64,000 bases of DNA from Zygnema circumcarinatum SAG 698-1b (taxonomy: Eukaryota; Plantae; Zygnematophyceae), in assembly GCA_037447605.1 (NCBI GenBank), contig CM074813.1, positions 1,116,001 through 1,180,000 of the forward strand, read 5' to 3'. Below, piece after piece: positions 49,301 through 61,300 of this stretch (position 1 is the stretch's first letter; each line of letters opens with the position of its first letter). A program made the translations under genes and the position numbers. The notes below the pieces were generated by a model that worked only from the letters and a program-made list of their open reading frames with translations, searched no databases and was not told the DNA's origin.

Positions 49301-51834
49301 TACCTGGCTAACTCCACCTGACCAACTCACGTTACATGCGCAATCGTTGCCTTTTTTGCAGCAAACGACCCATGCAACCTTATTGACAACTTCCCTCAGA
49401 GAGCCCTCCGCTCGAGATATGGTCCGGGAGAGATGAACCCTTGCGGCAATGGCGTGTGCATTCCGGCCGGCTCCTTGAACGAGTGTTTGTGCGCTCAAAA
49501 CTTTGTGGCGGTGACGAACACAGACGGCATGCAGACATGCGCCCCAGGTCAGATACAATGTCACGGAAATGCAGCTTGTGACCAACTTTGACCATGTCTG
49601 CATGTGACCAACTTTTCTCTATTCGAAGTGGTTTGTAGGGGAGGAGTGCTTTTGAGTCAAGACTGGCAATTAGTTTCTGTACATGGATACGAGAGACTCC
49701 TCGGATTGCGGTATGCCTGATGTTTTTTAATGCATTGATTTTGGCAGCGTCGCCCTGCACATTCACGCCGAAGAATCCATGTGGAGTGGGCACATGCGTG
49801 GACTCCACCGCAGTCCCGGGGACATATGCATGCGTGTGCCCTATTGGCTATGCTGCTGACTCCGTAGACAGTGTTCAGACATGCTTTCCAGGTGCCTCCA
49901 TCATCCCTCCCTCTCTCCCCTCCTCCCTCTTTGTGTGTGTGATGGGTGTGCTGAACACTGCGTTGCTTTCATTGATCAGTTATGAGGTATGTTTTGTGAT
50001 GAATGATTTCATTCACAGCCTAGTCCATGCCTTGCTTTGCTGAATAGTGTGTGTAGATTTCCTAGCACTTGTTGTCTGCAAAGTGCATACTTATGGATGG
50101 ATACAGCACACTTCCTTTCTCGACATCACGAAAAAGAAGATCAAGACTAGGAAAGCCTTCAAATTGCTATCCTGCTTGTATAGAATGGTTTTGAATTTAA
50201 AAAGTGGCGAAATCGTGTGAGTAGAGTCGATCGAATCCAAAAAGAAGAGTGAGTTTCGTTCTTTGAGATGAAGTTTGTGCTGGCATGCTTTCTAGATAGT
50301 GTCTGAATTAGAAGTTCCAAAACAGCCGATGTATGGATTCATTCATGCAGCCACTCATTGGGCAGATTATGCCTCTGTACACAACTTCTGATGTTGTCAA
50401 CTTTTGCATAAAAACCGAGTGACAGATTCTTTGTTTGTCAATTGGAATTGCAGCGGCTGCCTTGCAAGGTCGTAAATTGAACTTCACTGTGCCCGAGAAC
50501 ATCACTCTGCCCTGCTCCACAATCTCCAGCGTGTACGGCATCCCCGCAGTTGAATTCGCTTCACAGAACCCGGTAAACTGGACCTCTATGCTCTAAATAA
50601 TGCTTTTCGTCGCAGTTATTTCAACGCTGCCGCTTGACTGGTAAAGCTCCAACATTGGAAATTAGATACCTTTGTCGTTTCTATCTGCAACGATAAAGTG
50701 TGGTGCAATGCACTGCACCTGCAGGGTCTAAATTGCAACGCAACCTTGGGATCGGGAACATTGGTGAATGTGACTAACGCTCGCAACTGTTCAGTGACAT
50801 ATTCGGTGAATGATGTAAGTTCTTTCAAATACTCCCTAACCCAGCTTTTGAACTAGAAGTGTGAAAGTAATCTTGCTCTTGTTCTTTCCTATCAGATGAG
50901 AAAGTTTACGACCCTCGACGAACTACAACATCTTTATATAAATGCATGTATTCTCAGTCATGTTCAATCTCGCCTTCTGATTGTGTTGCAGGGTGACACG
51001 TGCGCCTCCATTGAGCAACTGTTTAACCTAACCACACTTTCCGGCCCGGATTCTCCAAACCCGGACCTGGACTGCTCACAGCTTCAGACTTTTCAGCAGG
51101 TAAACAATGACTCCTCCAACAACCACTGTTTTTATTATTAACCACTGTTAACAACTGTCTATTGTTATGTTAAGTCAAATTTCGTTTTCCAAAAACGCAG
51201 GCAAATCACTCCTTCCCTACTTCTTGCAGATCTGCTCCCAGCTAACGTGTAGCTTTATCTCATCTTTCGCAGATCTGCATTCAGGGAGGAGTAGTGGAAT
51301 ACCAAGGACCGTGCACGAAATTGTACACTGTGCAGGCGAGCGAGACGTGCCTGTCCATCATACGCGACCTTCTGGATGGCGACGCGTTGAAGTTCTACAC
51401 TCTGAACCCCGGAGTGCACTGCGGGCAGCTGCAGGTCTCTTCGGGGGCTGGCGGATTTGTTCAAGAGGTGAACTGCAAACTCTTTCTTCCTTCAAAACAT
51501 TTTATCCCTTGCCTTTTGTTGTCAGTCCGATATTTTAATACGCCTTTCCGTCAGCCTCCACGGATCAACTGAGGATGTGCGGAATGTCCCGCAGGTCTGC
51601 CTCGAAGCGGGAGACTTGGGAATCAGCACAGGGTGCTCCGGCTACAGTTTGCGCATTAAGAACACTGACTCGTGCTCGCGTCTGAAGCCGTGCTTCACGA
51701 AAAAAGAGACGTTCAAGAAGCTCAACAGCGGCAAGGCGTGCACTGCCAAACTCCTCAAGAGCATTGTCGGGACGGCGGCTCCTAATTTATGTGTGCCTAA
51801 AGTGAGGCAAGCAAAGTGTCCGTACAGCTATTAG
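40387..51834 (+). CDS. Gene B: secreted signal peptide-extensin-like (SPn) stalk-LRRNT-LRRs-EGF-papain C1A protease-2x EGF-4x LysM-like protein (23 exons, about 1,387 aa; apparent +1 frameshift near 42602)
   Basis: Exons 40387-40406, 41551-41627 (RALLLFVFLAGLSLLADA), 42055-42099, 42218-43445 (Pro-rich) and 44256-44394 (LRRNT, W..VDC). LRR exons 44521-44592, 44759-44830, 45076-45159, 45358-45429, 45601-45672 and 45975-46046, then 46383-46729 (LRR end plus EGF). Papain exons 47630-47815, 48192-48424, 48643-48786 and 48962-49181 (RDQGTCNTCW, VDHVVVVVGY, IRNSWG). EGF exons 49362-49547 and 49748-49891. LysM exons 50454-50572, 50725-50814, 50992-51099, 51273-51467 and 51595-51834. Confidence 0.88.
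40520..40720. repeat. 14-bp tandem repeat (GGGGAGAGGGATGA)n in intron 1 of gene B
   Basis: About 14 near-perfect copies read directly, within a larger purine tract at about 40420-41000. Confidence 0.9.
42535..43215 (+). repeat. Coding 27-bp minisatellite (CCAAGCCCTCCTTCTCCACCTCCTCCC)n encoding PSPPSPPPP
   Basis: About 25 variant units, inside the Pro-rich exon of gene B. Confidence 0.9.
46900..47590. repeat. Intronic pyrimidine minisatellite, unit about 17 bp (CATCTTCTTCATCTTCC)
   Basis: About 690 bp of CATCTT/CTT/CC variants between the EGF exon and the first protease exon of gene B. Confidence 0.92.
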
Positions 51835-52394
51835 CCTAAGAGGAGGCTTGGGGCGAGCGACTAAGGGAGATGATTGTGGTCAGAAAGCGGTTAAGGAGCG
51901 CATCCCATACTTCTTCGTCAATTCGAAGTCTGCACAACCCGAGGAGGTCGACATGAGATGGAGAAAAGGACAGGGAGGGGTGATGCCACCTTTGCTGACA
52001 AATAAGCGACAAATTTTTGGTGTATGATTACTATGTTTGTGAGTAAGCTTTATATTAGTGTTATGCCCAGTTTTCAAGATATGGGAGGACCAATCAGAGT
52101 TTGTGTGATTGCATTTTTTGTAATAATCATAAAACCAGTTGACAATGTGATACTTACGTGCTTCATTTTAAAGCCTGCATGCCATGCTATGGCTTGTTAA
52201 ATGTCATCATGTTCCACCCATGCCAAACCAATGCCAGGCTATGAAGCGATGCACAGGTCGGACCATCGGATCAACCATTGGAATTCTTGCCAACCATTTA
52301 TTGCGAATGCATTCAACCATTGCCATTGGTCCGAACCATTGGATTTAATGATCGCATACCATTGCCATGGTCCCACAGTAGCAAACTTCTGCAG

Positions 52395-55300
52395 TCACAA
52401 AAACTGCGTAGCCATGGCCATGTCCCGCAGGTCCTCCACAATGTGCTCGGGCTCGCTGCCAATCTTTCTCGCGACTTCGATCTGCCTCTGGGTGTCCAGC
52501 AGCTCAAACCTACGCCCCAAAACAATGGGAGGGGAAAAGAATGTCAGCAGAGACATGTTCACAAAACAGGTCCACTCTAAGGTTGCTTCCCAGGCAACAC
52601 ATTAAGAAGGAAACGCCTAAGCTTATCTTTAACTGAAGAAGGAAAAAAAAGAAATTCCATGACCGATGCACAAATCATTTTTTGTCGGACCTTGAACTCT
52701 ACAAAATCTTAAAAGCCCACCTTTGTGTGAGGGAAGTTGGGAGCACCTTCACTTTCAAGAGCACACAAGCCTTTTGCATTCACAGGAAATGGAATCCCCC
52801 AAAACCCTTCTTACTGTGCGAGCAGTTCGCAGTCGATGACGGTTGCGGCTGCGAGGTGCGGCATCGCCCCCGCGGCGCGAAACTGGCGGAAGGCGTGAGG
52901 GTTCAGGCCGGCTGTGTGGGCCACAGCTTCCACCAAACATTTCTGGGGGCGAGGAGGGAGGGAGAGTGAGAGGGAGGGAGGGAGGGAAGGAGAGCGGGAG
53001 AGTGAGAGGGACAGAGGAAGAGAGGGAGAGAGTGAGGGAGAGTGGAGAAATAGGAAAAAACAGAGCAGGAAGTGAGAGAGACACGTTTGAGTCAATGTCA
53101 TCCATTTGCAAATTTCAGTCCTACAAGATAGGAGAAGAGAGTTAGGGGCAAAATGCGACTGGTAAAAAGGAGCAATACTTTTCACCGTCAGTTTTGGAGT
53201 AGGGCAAAACATGGATAACTTCTATTTCGTTCAAAACGTCGTCAAAACGTCAAAACGTCAAAACGTTTCAACTCTTCAATAACTACTGCCGCGTTTGGAC
53301 TGCCTACGACAGAATCCATCAGGAAAAAGTCTTTACGGATGTGAAAAATGTGAAACTTTTTTACTCTTTTTTGTTCCATGTTTCAGAAAGCAAGGAGCGC
53401 ACGCCACCTGGAGGGATAGCAGCCGTCGATATGTGCGCTCGAGGATCGGCGCCAGCTGGCAGATCCCGCCGTCCAGCGTGAAGCATAGAACTGCGTAGCG
53501 GTTGACCGGTGGCCGCCCGGACGGCTCTACCGGGGGAGGCAGCATCTGCAGCCGCAGAAACCGCGAAATCTGCGCTCCCGCATGGAACTGCGAGCGGGGG
53601 ATGAGCCGCTGCCCCTTGAAACTTTCGGCAACTTTCGGAGCGTATTGGAATATCTGCAAGGGCCAGTCCGGCGTGTTTAGGCGATTAGAATATTAGGTTC
53701 TTTCTATGGTCACGGTTCTAAAGTTTTCAATTTCAAGCCCACTTGAAGTTCTCATTATTTAAGTGAGATCGTGGGGAAGTTACTCGCTGCTAAGCTTACC
53801 GAATTCGACAAACATATAGACATCGGACATACTCATGCATTTCTATCCTGTATCGGCAGAGAGTAGTAGCCATATACTTTCTTATCACTTCGTCTAAGTC
53901 CACAAATGCCGCATACATACCATCAAATACAAAAAGCAGTTTCCGGGACACTTTCTAAACCTTTCCAATAACAAACACATGAACCTCGCAACAATCCCAC
54001 GTGCCGTCCCCGTCTGCCTTGCACGACACACCCCCCCCTTCCCCTTTAAACCCTCCAACCCCCCCTAGCAGAAGCAGTCCCCCCACCTGCAGATTCCGGT
54101 CGCAGTCCGCCACGAGCAGGCCGAGCGCGGCCCCGTCCACGAGGAAGTCGGTGGCCATGGCGGCCGCGCCCTCGAAGGCCTTCGCGAGGAGGGCGAGCTG
54201 CGCGCCCGCCTCGCGCCACTGCACGAAGTGGACGCCCTTCTGCACGTCCCCCACCAGGACGAAACTCTTCACCTGCAACAGGTGAAGAGAAGAGAAGAAG
54301 AGGAGAAGAGAAGAAGAGAGGAGAAGAGAGAGGAGGAGAAGGAGAAGGAGAGGAGAAGTATTGGTTGGTTCACGGCTGCACACACCCACACTCTGCACTA
54401 CACCTAACTTTGGCTTGCTAGCAAGGAGGAGGAGGAGGAGGAGGATGCAGGAAAGCGAATTAATTGTACTGTTTGAGAAATGTAAGTCTTCTTGAAATTA
54501 CAGAGTAAGAACCCTAAAGGGTTAGAAGCTTTCAACATAGAAACCATCCCTGCGTGCGGGCTAACGGACCGTGTTGAGGGTGACGGCATAGAGCGGTGCG
54601 TCGAAGAAGGCGACCGCCTCGAGGTCCGCGCCGCTCCATCCGTACAGCGTCAGCTGCCGCCCGGCCGCCGCCAACACGTGGCCGCCCAGGGCTGCGACAG
54701 CTGTCACGGGGCCCTTCAGCTCCTTGGAAAACACCTCCTGCACAACAAACAGGAGTGGGCTGGAAGGTTGGAACAAGGGAGCTGAAGGGGGGAACTGGAA
54801 AGTGGACCTCGAGGTGGGGAATGGAAATGGGAATGCTGTTGAGCAAGCAAAGGTTGAATACACTGAAAATGTGGGTTTGGCATACAAGCATTGTTTGGAA
54901 AGTTTTTTGCTCTATCTGTGTTCCATGGCTTTGCATACAGCATGATCACGTCAACACTCTAGAGCTCAGATAATGTTGAAGATTTCAAGTGTGGTTAAAA
55001 CCATGATTCCACTCTCCTGTCATTCAGGTTCGTACTGGCGATAAAAGCATGTTCGCACTGCAAATGACCTAAAACTCTACAGACTCTAAAGTTAACTCCA
55101 GCGAAAGGTTCTGTTAACCTAGATTGCATACCCGAAGACCTCTGAAACCCTAAATACAGACGAGTACCAAAGTACATTCAATGCACAAGAACACTTAATC
55201 GACAAGCAAAGCTCTCGCAAAAGCAACATATGAATGCCAGTGTGCAGAGGAGATCGACGATATTCCTACTTTGAGAGTAGCGGAAGCGCCGACTGTCTCC

Positions 55301-58300
55301 GAAAGAGGTGCCGTTTCATACATGAGAATCCGCCCCTTGCAGGCGACATCTTCCCCCTGAACATATGCCGTTCCTATCACAAGAAGGGGCTGCATTTCAC
55401 CGCTCGCTTTATTCTGCATCCTCCACACAAATCCAACATAGCCCTTTTTCTGAGAACTTTCCTTCCTTGTGTTATCCTGATTTCCAAATGCAATATTCTA
55501 GGTCACTTGTTTCTCATACTCATATACGTCTCCCTTTTGCTGGTCGTTTCTCCATTTTCCTTCTTTTCCAACGTACCTTTACAGAGAGCGTCTTCATGCA
55601 GAGCACATTTTCTGCAGTGTTAAATGTATTCTGAAGCTCCAAAGCCCACTCGCTGCGGGCGGCCTCCTCCTGAGGGGGGACGACCACATGCAGGCGGAAC
55701 TCATCCGTTGAGACGAGTTCTCCCTCCTCTCCCTCCTCTCCCTCCCTGCCTCTCCCCTCCTCCTCCTTCTCATTCGGAGCAGCCAACACTTGGGCCAGAG
55801 ATTTTTGAACCTGAAACAAGCTCCTCTCTGTCAGTACCAACTAAACAGAACTTAACAATTGGGGACGCATTGATGGTAGAATAAAATCGTATTCCGTGAT
55901 TCGCGTTTACGTTTTAGGCTCTTTGACTTCACCGTGGTGGAAGATATGAGGTAGTAAACTTTGGCTTCCAAGGAGTAGGACACAAGGTGGGGAGTCGCCC
56001 GCAATGCCACCTGTCAACCAGGCTGAGAACTGGGGTGAGAGAGAGGAGAGATAGAGAGCGTGAGAAAAGTGGCTGAGAGGCGAGATAGACCTAAGAATAG
56101 TGATGGACATAGTGAGAAAGGTAGGGAGAGTACCCAGAGGAGTGTGAAGGGGGAGACTGCGAGAGAGTGAAAGAGGGGGAGAGAGAAATGGTTGCAGCGG
56201 GAGTGGGTGAGAGGGAGAGAGAATGGGAGAGAGAGGTAAGAGAGTGCTCCGATAAAAGAGTGGGAGCACCTTATGGACGGGCCAATCGTTATCGTAGTTG
56301 AGAAGAGTCGGCAATTGGCAGATCTTGAGGTGCCCCTGCATGCCGCATTGGCTCGCTTCTACTGTAAACAATAGTTTAAAGGAATGGCATAAAAACAAAA
56401 AAAAACGACACAAACATAACAGCAACATCTCTGTTGCTTTGGCGGGGAACATCAAAGAAGTAAACGAAGGGGAGTGGGAGGAGAAAGAGGGAAAAATTGT
56501 GAGAGAAAAAAAGAGGTGAACAAAAAGAGAGCAAGAGAAGGGGGAGAGTGAGCATGAGGCGACAGAGGGGAGAGTCGGGGGTGGGAGGCAGGACGAAGAG
56601 ATGGACGACGGGAGAGAGGGAAAGAGAGAGAGGGAACGCACCTCTCCCGTTGCCTCTACAAAGCTGTGCCGACAGTTCATAAGGTGGAGAGGAGCAAAAG
56701 CGACAATCGGTCCATCACACACCTGGCAGCCCCCCATTCGTGCATTCAGACTCGTCTTTCTACACCATGCAATTGTAGAGCCACAGGCCAAATTCGAGCA
56801 AAGGAAAAAATATGAATAAGAAAAATGTTGCTGATGTGAATAGTGGTGACATTGATGATTAAAGAAACGACAGCTTGACATTCATGGTGTTGCAGTCAAG
56901 ATAATGAAGATTTAATGATAACGACGAAGATGATGGCAGTTGTGGTGACATTGATGTGATGTTGGACTGAAGTGGTTGAAAGAGATGAACTCATTTTGTG
57001 GGTCAATGCCAACATTAATGAAAGATGTAGGCCCCACCACCGATCAGAAAACAAGCCTCAAAAGTAATCTTAATCGATTCAAACTTCGTGCCTTAAAGAA
57101 AATCGTCAGAAATCTGAAAACCCCAAAACCTCATACTAGAAAGAAAAGCTGATTCAGAGTTCCATGAGATGAATGTTGACCTGCGGATGAATGCGGAGCC
57201 GTTCTCGGCACGCCATTATCCAAACGGGCTGTCGGCCCGTCACAAAGACCCCTTTAGACCCATTTTCCCCCACATTGTAAAAAACCACAAACTTTTCAAA
57301 CACTTCATCCTGCCCAGAGCTTCCGGCATCCCCAGAAACTTCCTCCCCCTTTCCTCTGCTCTTCACCCAATTCAATGGCCGCCTCACAAACCTCAAACCT
57401 CCAAAATCAGATCTCCGACTTCCTTTGTCTCCCTCTGTCAAATTACCATCTTCCATTTTTTCATCGCTGCCCGCCTCCTCGGGCATGTCCTCAACCTTTT
57501 CTCCCTCACTGACCCCTTTCACGGGCAGCTCGCAAACCCCCTCGTGGGAGTACGCTCGGTAGCAAAACATTCTTCCATCAGAGAGGATTACAAGGATAAA
57601 AGGCCGCCCAAACGGATGTCCCCACGTTTCCATGCATATTTCCGTTATTGTAACTTCTTTTTTCGCCTCCTCCTCCTTTCTCTCATCTACATTTTCGTCG
57701 AGCTGCCCGACATCTCGGTCAGTCTCCACTCGCTTTTCCACTTCTCCGAGCCGAATTCCCGCGTCCAACAATATTTGTCGGCCCATTGCTATCCCCATCG
57801 CCACCCAAATCCTGTTGAATCCGGGCAGCTCATAAATTTCCAGCTGCCCCAACTTCCGGCAAACGATGCAGAAAACTTCGCCCCGGTCTGCCCTATTTGA
57901 CGCTTCCCCCCCTCTTCCTCTGCTTGAAGTTCGCTGCAACCTTCCTCCAGGCCCCCCTTCTAACCCCAATCTATGTAACACTTTAACGTTAAACTGTTGT
58001 GCTTCAGTTTCACAGCATCTCCGTAACCACGGCGTTTTCCCTCTGTCGTGAAACAGTGTACAAGCAGTGATGGGATTTTCTGCTTCTTCGCTGATAAACG
58101 GAGCTGTTACTGTAACAGAACATGTTTCCGGATCTGCACAAGGAAAGACTTATTCTTCCTCAATCAATGTCTTTCCTCTCGCCCCCCAATTCCTTCTCTG
58201 TCCTTTCCCCTCTCTCATTCTCTCATTCTCCCTCTCCCTCCCTCTTCTGCTTCTCGTCGCCCTCTACTACTATACCACAGCCCCCCAAACAAGAGCCCAC

Positions 58301-61300
58301 CCACCTCCAACAGCCAATCGCAGCGTGCCATCTGTCATGGTGAGCAGCACAAAGGGGTCCTTAATGACGGCGGCGGAGATCTGAGGTGGCAGCCTCTCAT
58401 TGGCCGGCTCCTCCCCTTCCTTCCGCCCGCTGGAGGGGAAGTGGGCGGCCGCCGCCTCCTGCGTGAGGGCGGGCCCCGCCAACACGCGCAGGCCCCCAGG
58501 GTGGACCTGCGCCACGCGCCGCCTGCACCGGAGGGAGGGAGGGAGNNNNNNNNNNAGGGGGGAGGGGGGGAGGGAAGGAGGGAAGGAGGGAGGGAGGGAG
58601 AGAGGTGCGGGGAAAGGAGTGGATGAGAGGCGGTGAGAGAAGAAGTGGCGATTCGTGTTGGGAAGGGGAAGGCAGGCCAGAGAGTGGGGGCGAGAGAAGG
58701 GGAGTGGTCGGGGGTTGGGGGGGGGGGCGGTGTATGGAACGCTGGAATGAGAAAAATGAGGGAGGGAGGGAGAGGGAAGGGCAGGAAATGGGACGATGAA
58801 AGGGGAGAAGCGAGAAGAACGAGGGGCGGCCCGACGAGAGGAGACGAATAATCGCGTATCACAAGCCGCAGTCTCCTCCTTTCATGAAGAGGACAGAAAC
58901 AAGAGGGCATACCGGGATGCAGGCGTTCAGGGTCTGCAAGTTCACCTGCCGAAGAGGTTCCCTGCCGCTATTGTACGGCCCGTCGCGAAATACTCCACCG
59001 TCGCACTCACATCCGAGAGCTCCTCGCCCGTTTCAAACACCTGTCACCAACCCCATTCCGTTACATGCATTCCGCATATCCGCATGCGTAATTCAAAGGT
59101 ATATTAAACATGTTGACGTGTTCAATACATACCCTGAAATGAGTATGCCGCAAGAATTGTGTATTAAGTGCATATATGTAGAATAAACATGTATAAGCGG
59201 TGCAGTTAGACTGATGAGTTGCTGCATTTTGCACATGTACACACCATAGTCCTTGTGTCGAAACTGAGGATAAGGTACGCATGGAATGGCTCATCCGCTG
59301 CAGAATGCATCGCTGATGGTTGATCTCCCTCATGATGGACGGTCCAGATCCCTCGAATTCCAGGGAGCTCCACCTGCCCGTTCGAGAGAAAAAAAAAAAA
59401 AAAGAGCAGCCGTCAAAAACAAAAGCTTATCAAGAGATTACTGGAGTATCGCACAAGATATTTCCTCAGTTTCTTCAGTCTCTGGAAACGGCATCCAGGC
59501 CAAATTAAAAAGACAAAAGAACCCATAAATTGTCACTGCTAAAAATAAACAAAACCACCACTAAACCAAAAAAAAGGGACGGTTTTCGGAGGAAGGAGAG
59601 CTAAATTCTGGGAGGCATCTCAAGTTGTGAAGCTTATTTCCGCACCTTGTTGACTTCATCGGGGCGAATGGAGCGCTGAAGGATGGAGAGGGAGCCGTTT
59701 TTCCCATGGCCGGAGCAGGCCACAAGCTCGTAATTGCTCTGCTTGGCCGCCCCTGAAGCAGAGGGGTCGTGCCGGCTTCGCACACCATAGGCGATATCTC
59801 GAATAGGGCCGATATTTACAAGGGAATCTCGCACTGCAAAGGAGAAAATTTTTCTCTGCAAAGGAAGGGTAGGAAAGGGATGGCAGTGACGAGTGTCCGG
59901 GGATGGAAGAGGGAAGTGACAAGCAGGGGAGAGAGCTTTCAATGCAGTTCTTAGAATTTGCGGAGTCTCTATAGTGCATATGACCAGTCATGCCAAGTAC
60001 AGAAACATCCGGAAACAAAAAAAAAATCTAGAAAATGATTCAACTTCCAAGAAACCCGTGGTTTTATGGAATCAAAATCAAAAAACCAAAAGCTATGGAA
60101 AAGCTGATTGGACTTACTCTGGAGGAATGTGCGACTGAAGTGAAGGAGTTGTAGAGTGAGAGCTCGTCCGCCCCGAGACTGTCCTCTGAAAGCGATCTCT
60201 TCAACCTTTTCGCTTCCGGTTCTGCATCACCTCCTTCATCTTCCTGACAGAGCAGCTCCCTCACAACCTCAAGAATCTTGAAATAGTATTCGCATATATG
60301 CTCCAACTAACTGCGCTTTTTAGTTCCAGTGGTAGTTCTGTATGTGGTCGATTTACCAGGTTAATACTCGCTAACTTAGGGATTTTTTTGAACGAAACGA
60401 AGTCAGAATCTCCATGTTGTTTGGCTCCATGGAAAGTGTGTTTCGGAAATGGAGGTCAAGAGTACAAACCTCATCTTTGGTCATTCTTGAATTCGATCCG
60501 ATCCCAGTGCCTGCCTGATATTGAACCAAAAGACTATCTCCAAGTCGGCTGCCCAAAAATACAAAATTTTTGCCGAGTGTACATATGCTAGATGCCAAAA
60601 CTGCGGATTTGCTGCGCTCTAACTCCAACTGCTTCACTTCTCTGAGAAAAAAACCAAAAAAAAAAAAAAAAAAAAAAAAGGAAATCAGAAATATATGTCA
60701 AGTGTGTTCATCACAAGTAGTCAATGCATTTACAGACCTTCAACGTTGAAAATTCTAGAAAAAATCCATTTTTTAAAGTGGACAGAAGCAAACAAAGGAG
60801 GGAGCAGAACACTCGAGATTCCTGAACTTCTAGTAACTTCAAGGGTTTAAGATTCGTGGATTTATGGTACACCCAAACCCTCAAAAAGGCTACAGGGGCT
60901 GTAGGGCTTCATTACCGGCCGTCAAAATCCAGAAATAGCTCCAAAAGGTCTCCCGATTTTGTCGAGATTAAAGCAACTTGTGAAGTCAACCAAACTGCAT
61001 GCGCAGCGTCGAGTTCCATTCCGTTCAACGCATCTTTGACTTTTTGCATTTCCGGATATCCTTCCTTAACTGCAGCAAACTTGTTCAAAGCTAAAACTTT
61101 TTTCGAGGTTTGACTTGAATAGAAGATTGCGTTGGTTGAAAAGATGAGTACGCCTCCAATCGGAGCTGGAACGGCAACTAGTTTATACACATCATATGGT
61201 AGGTCCTGCATGTGATGAATTTTGACAGAAATTTCTTTGAGATCACTCAATCAAAAATCTGTGAGTAGGTCGTAGGGGTGAAGAAAAGAGCGACTACCGA

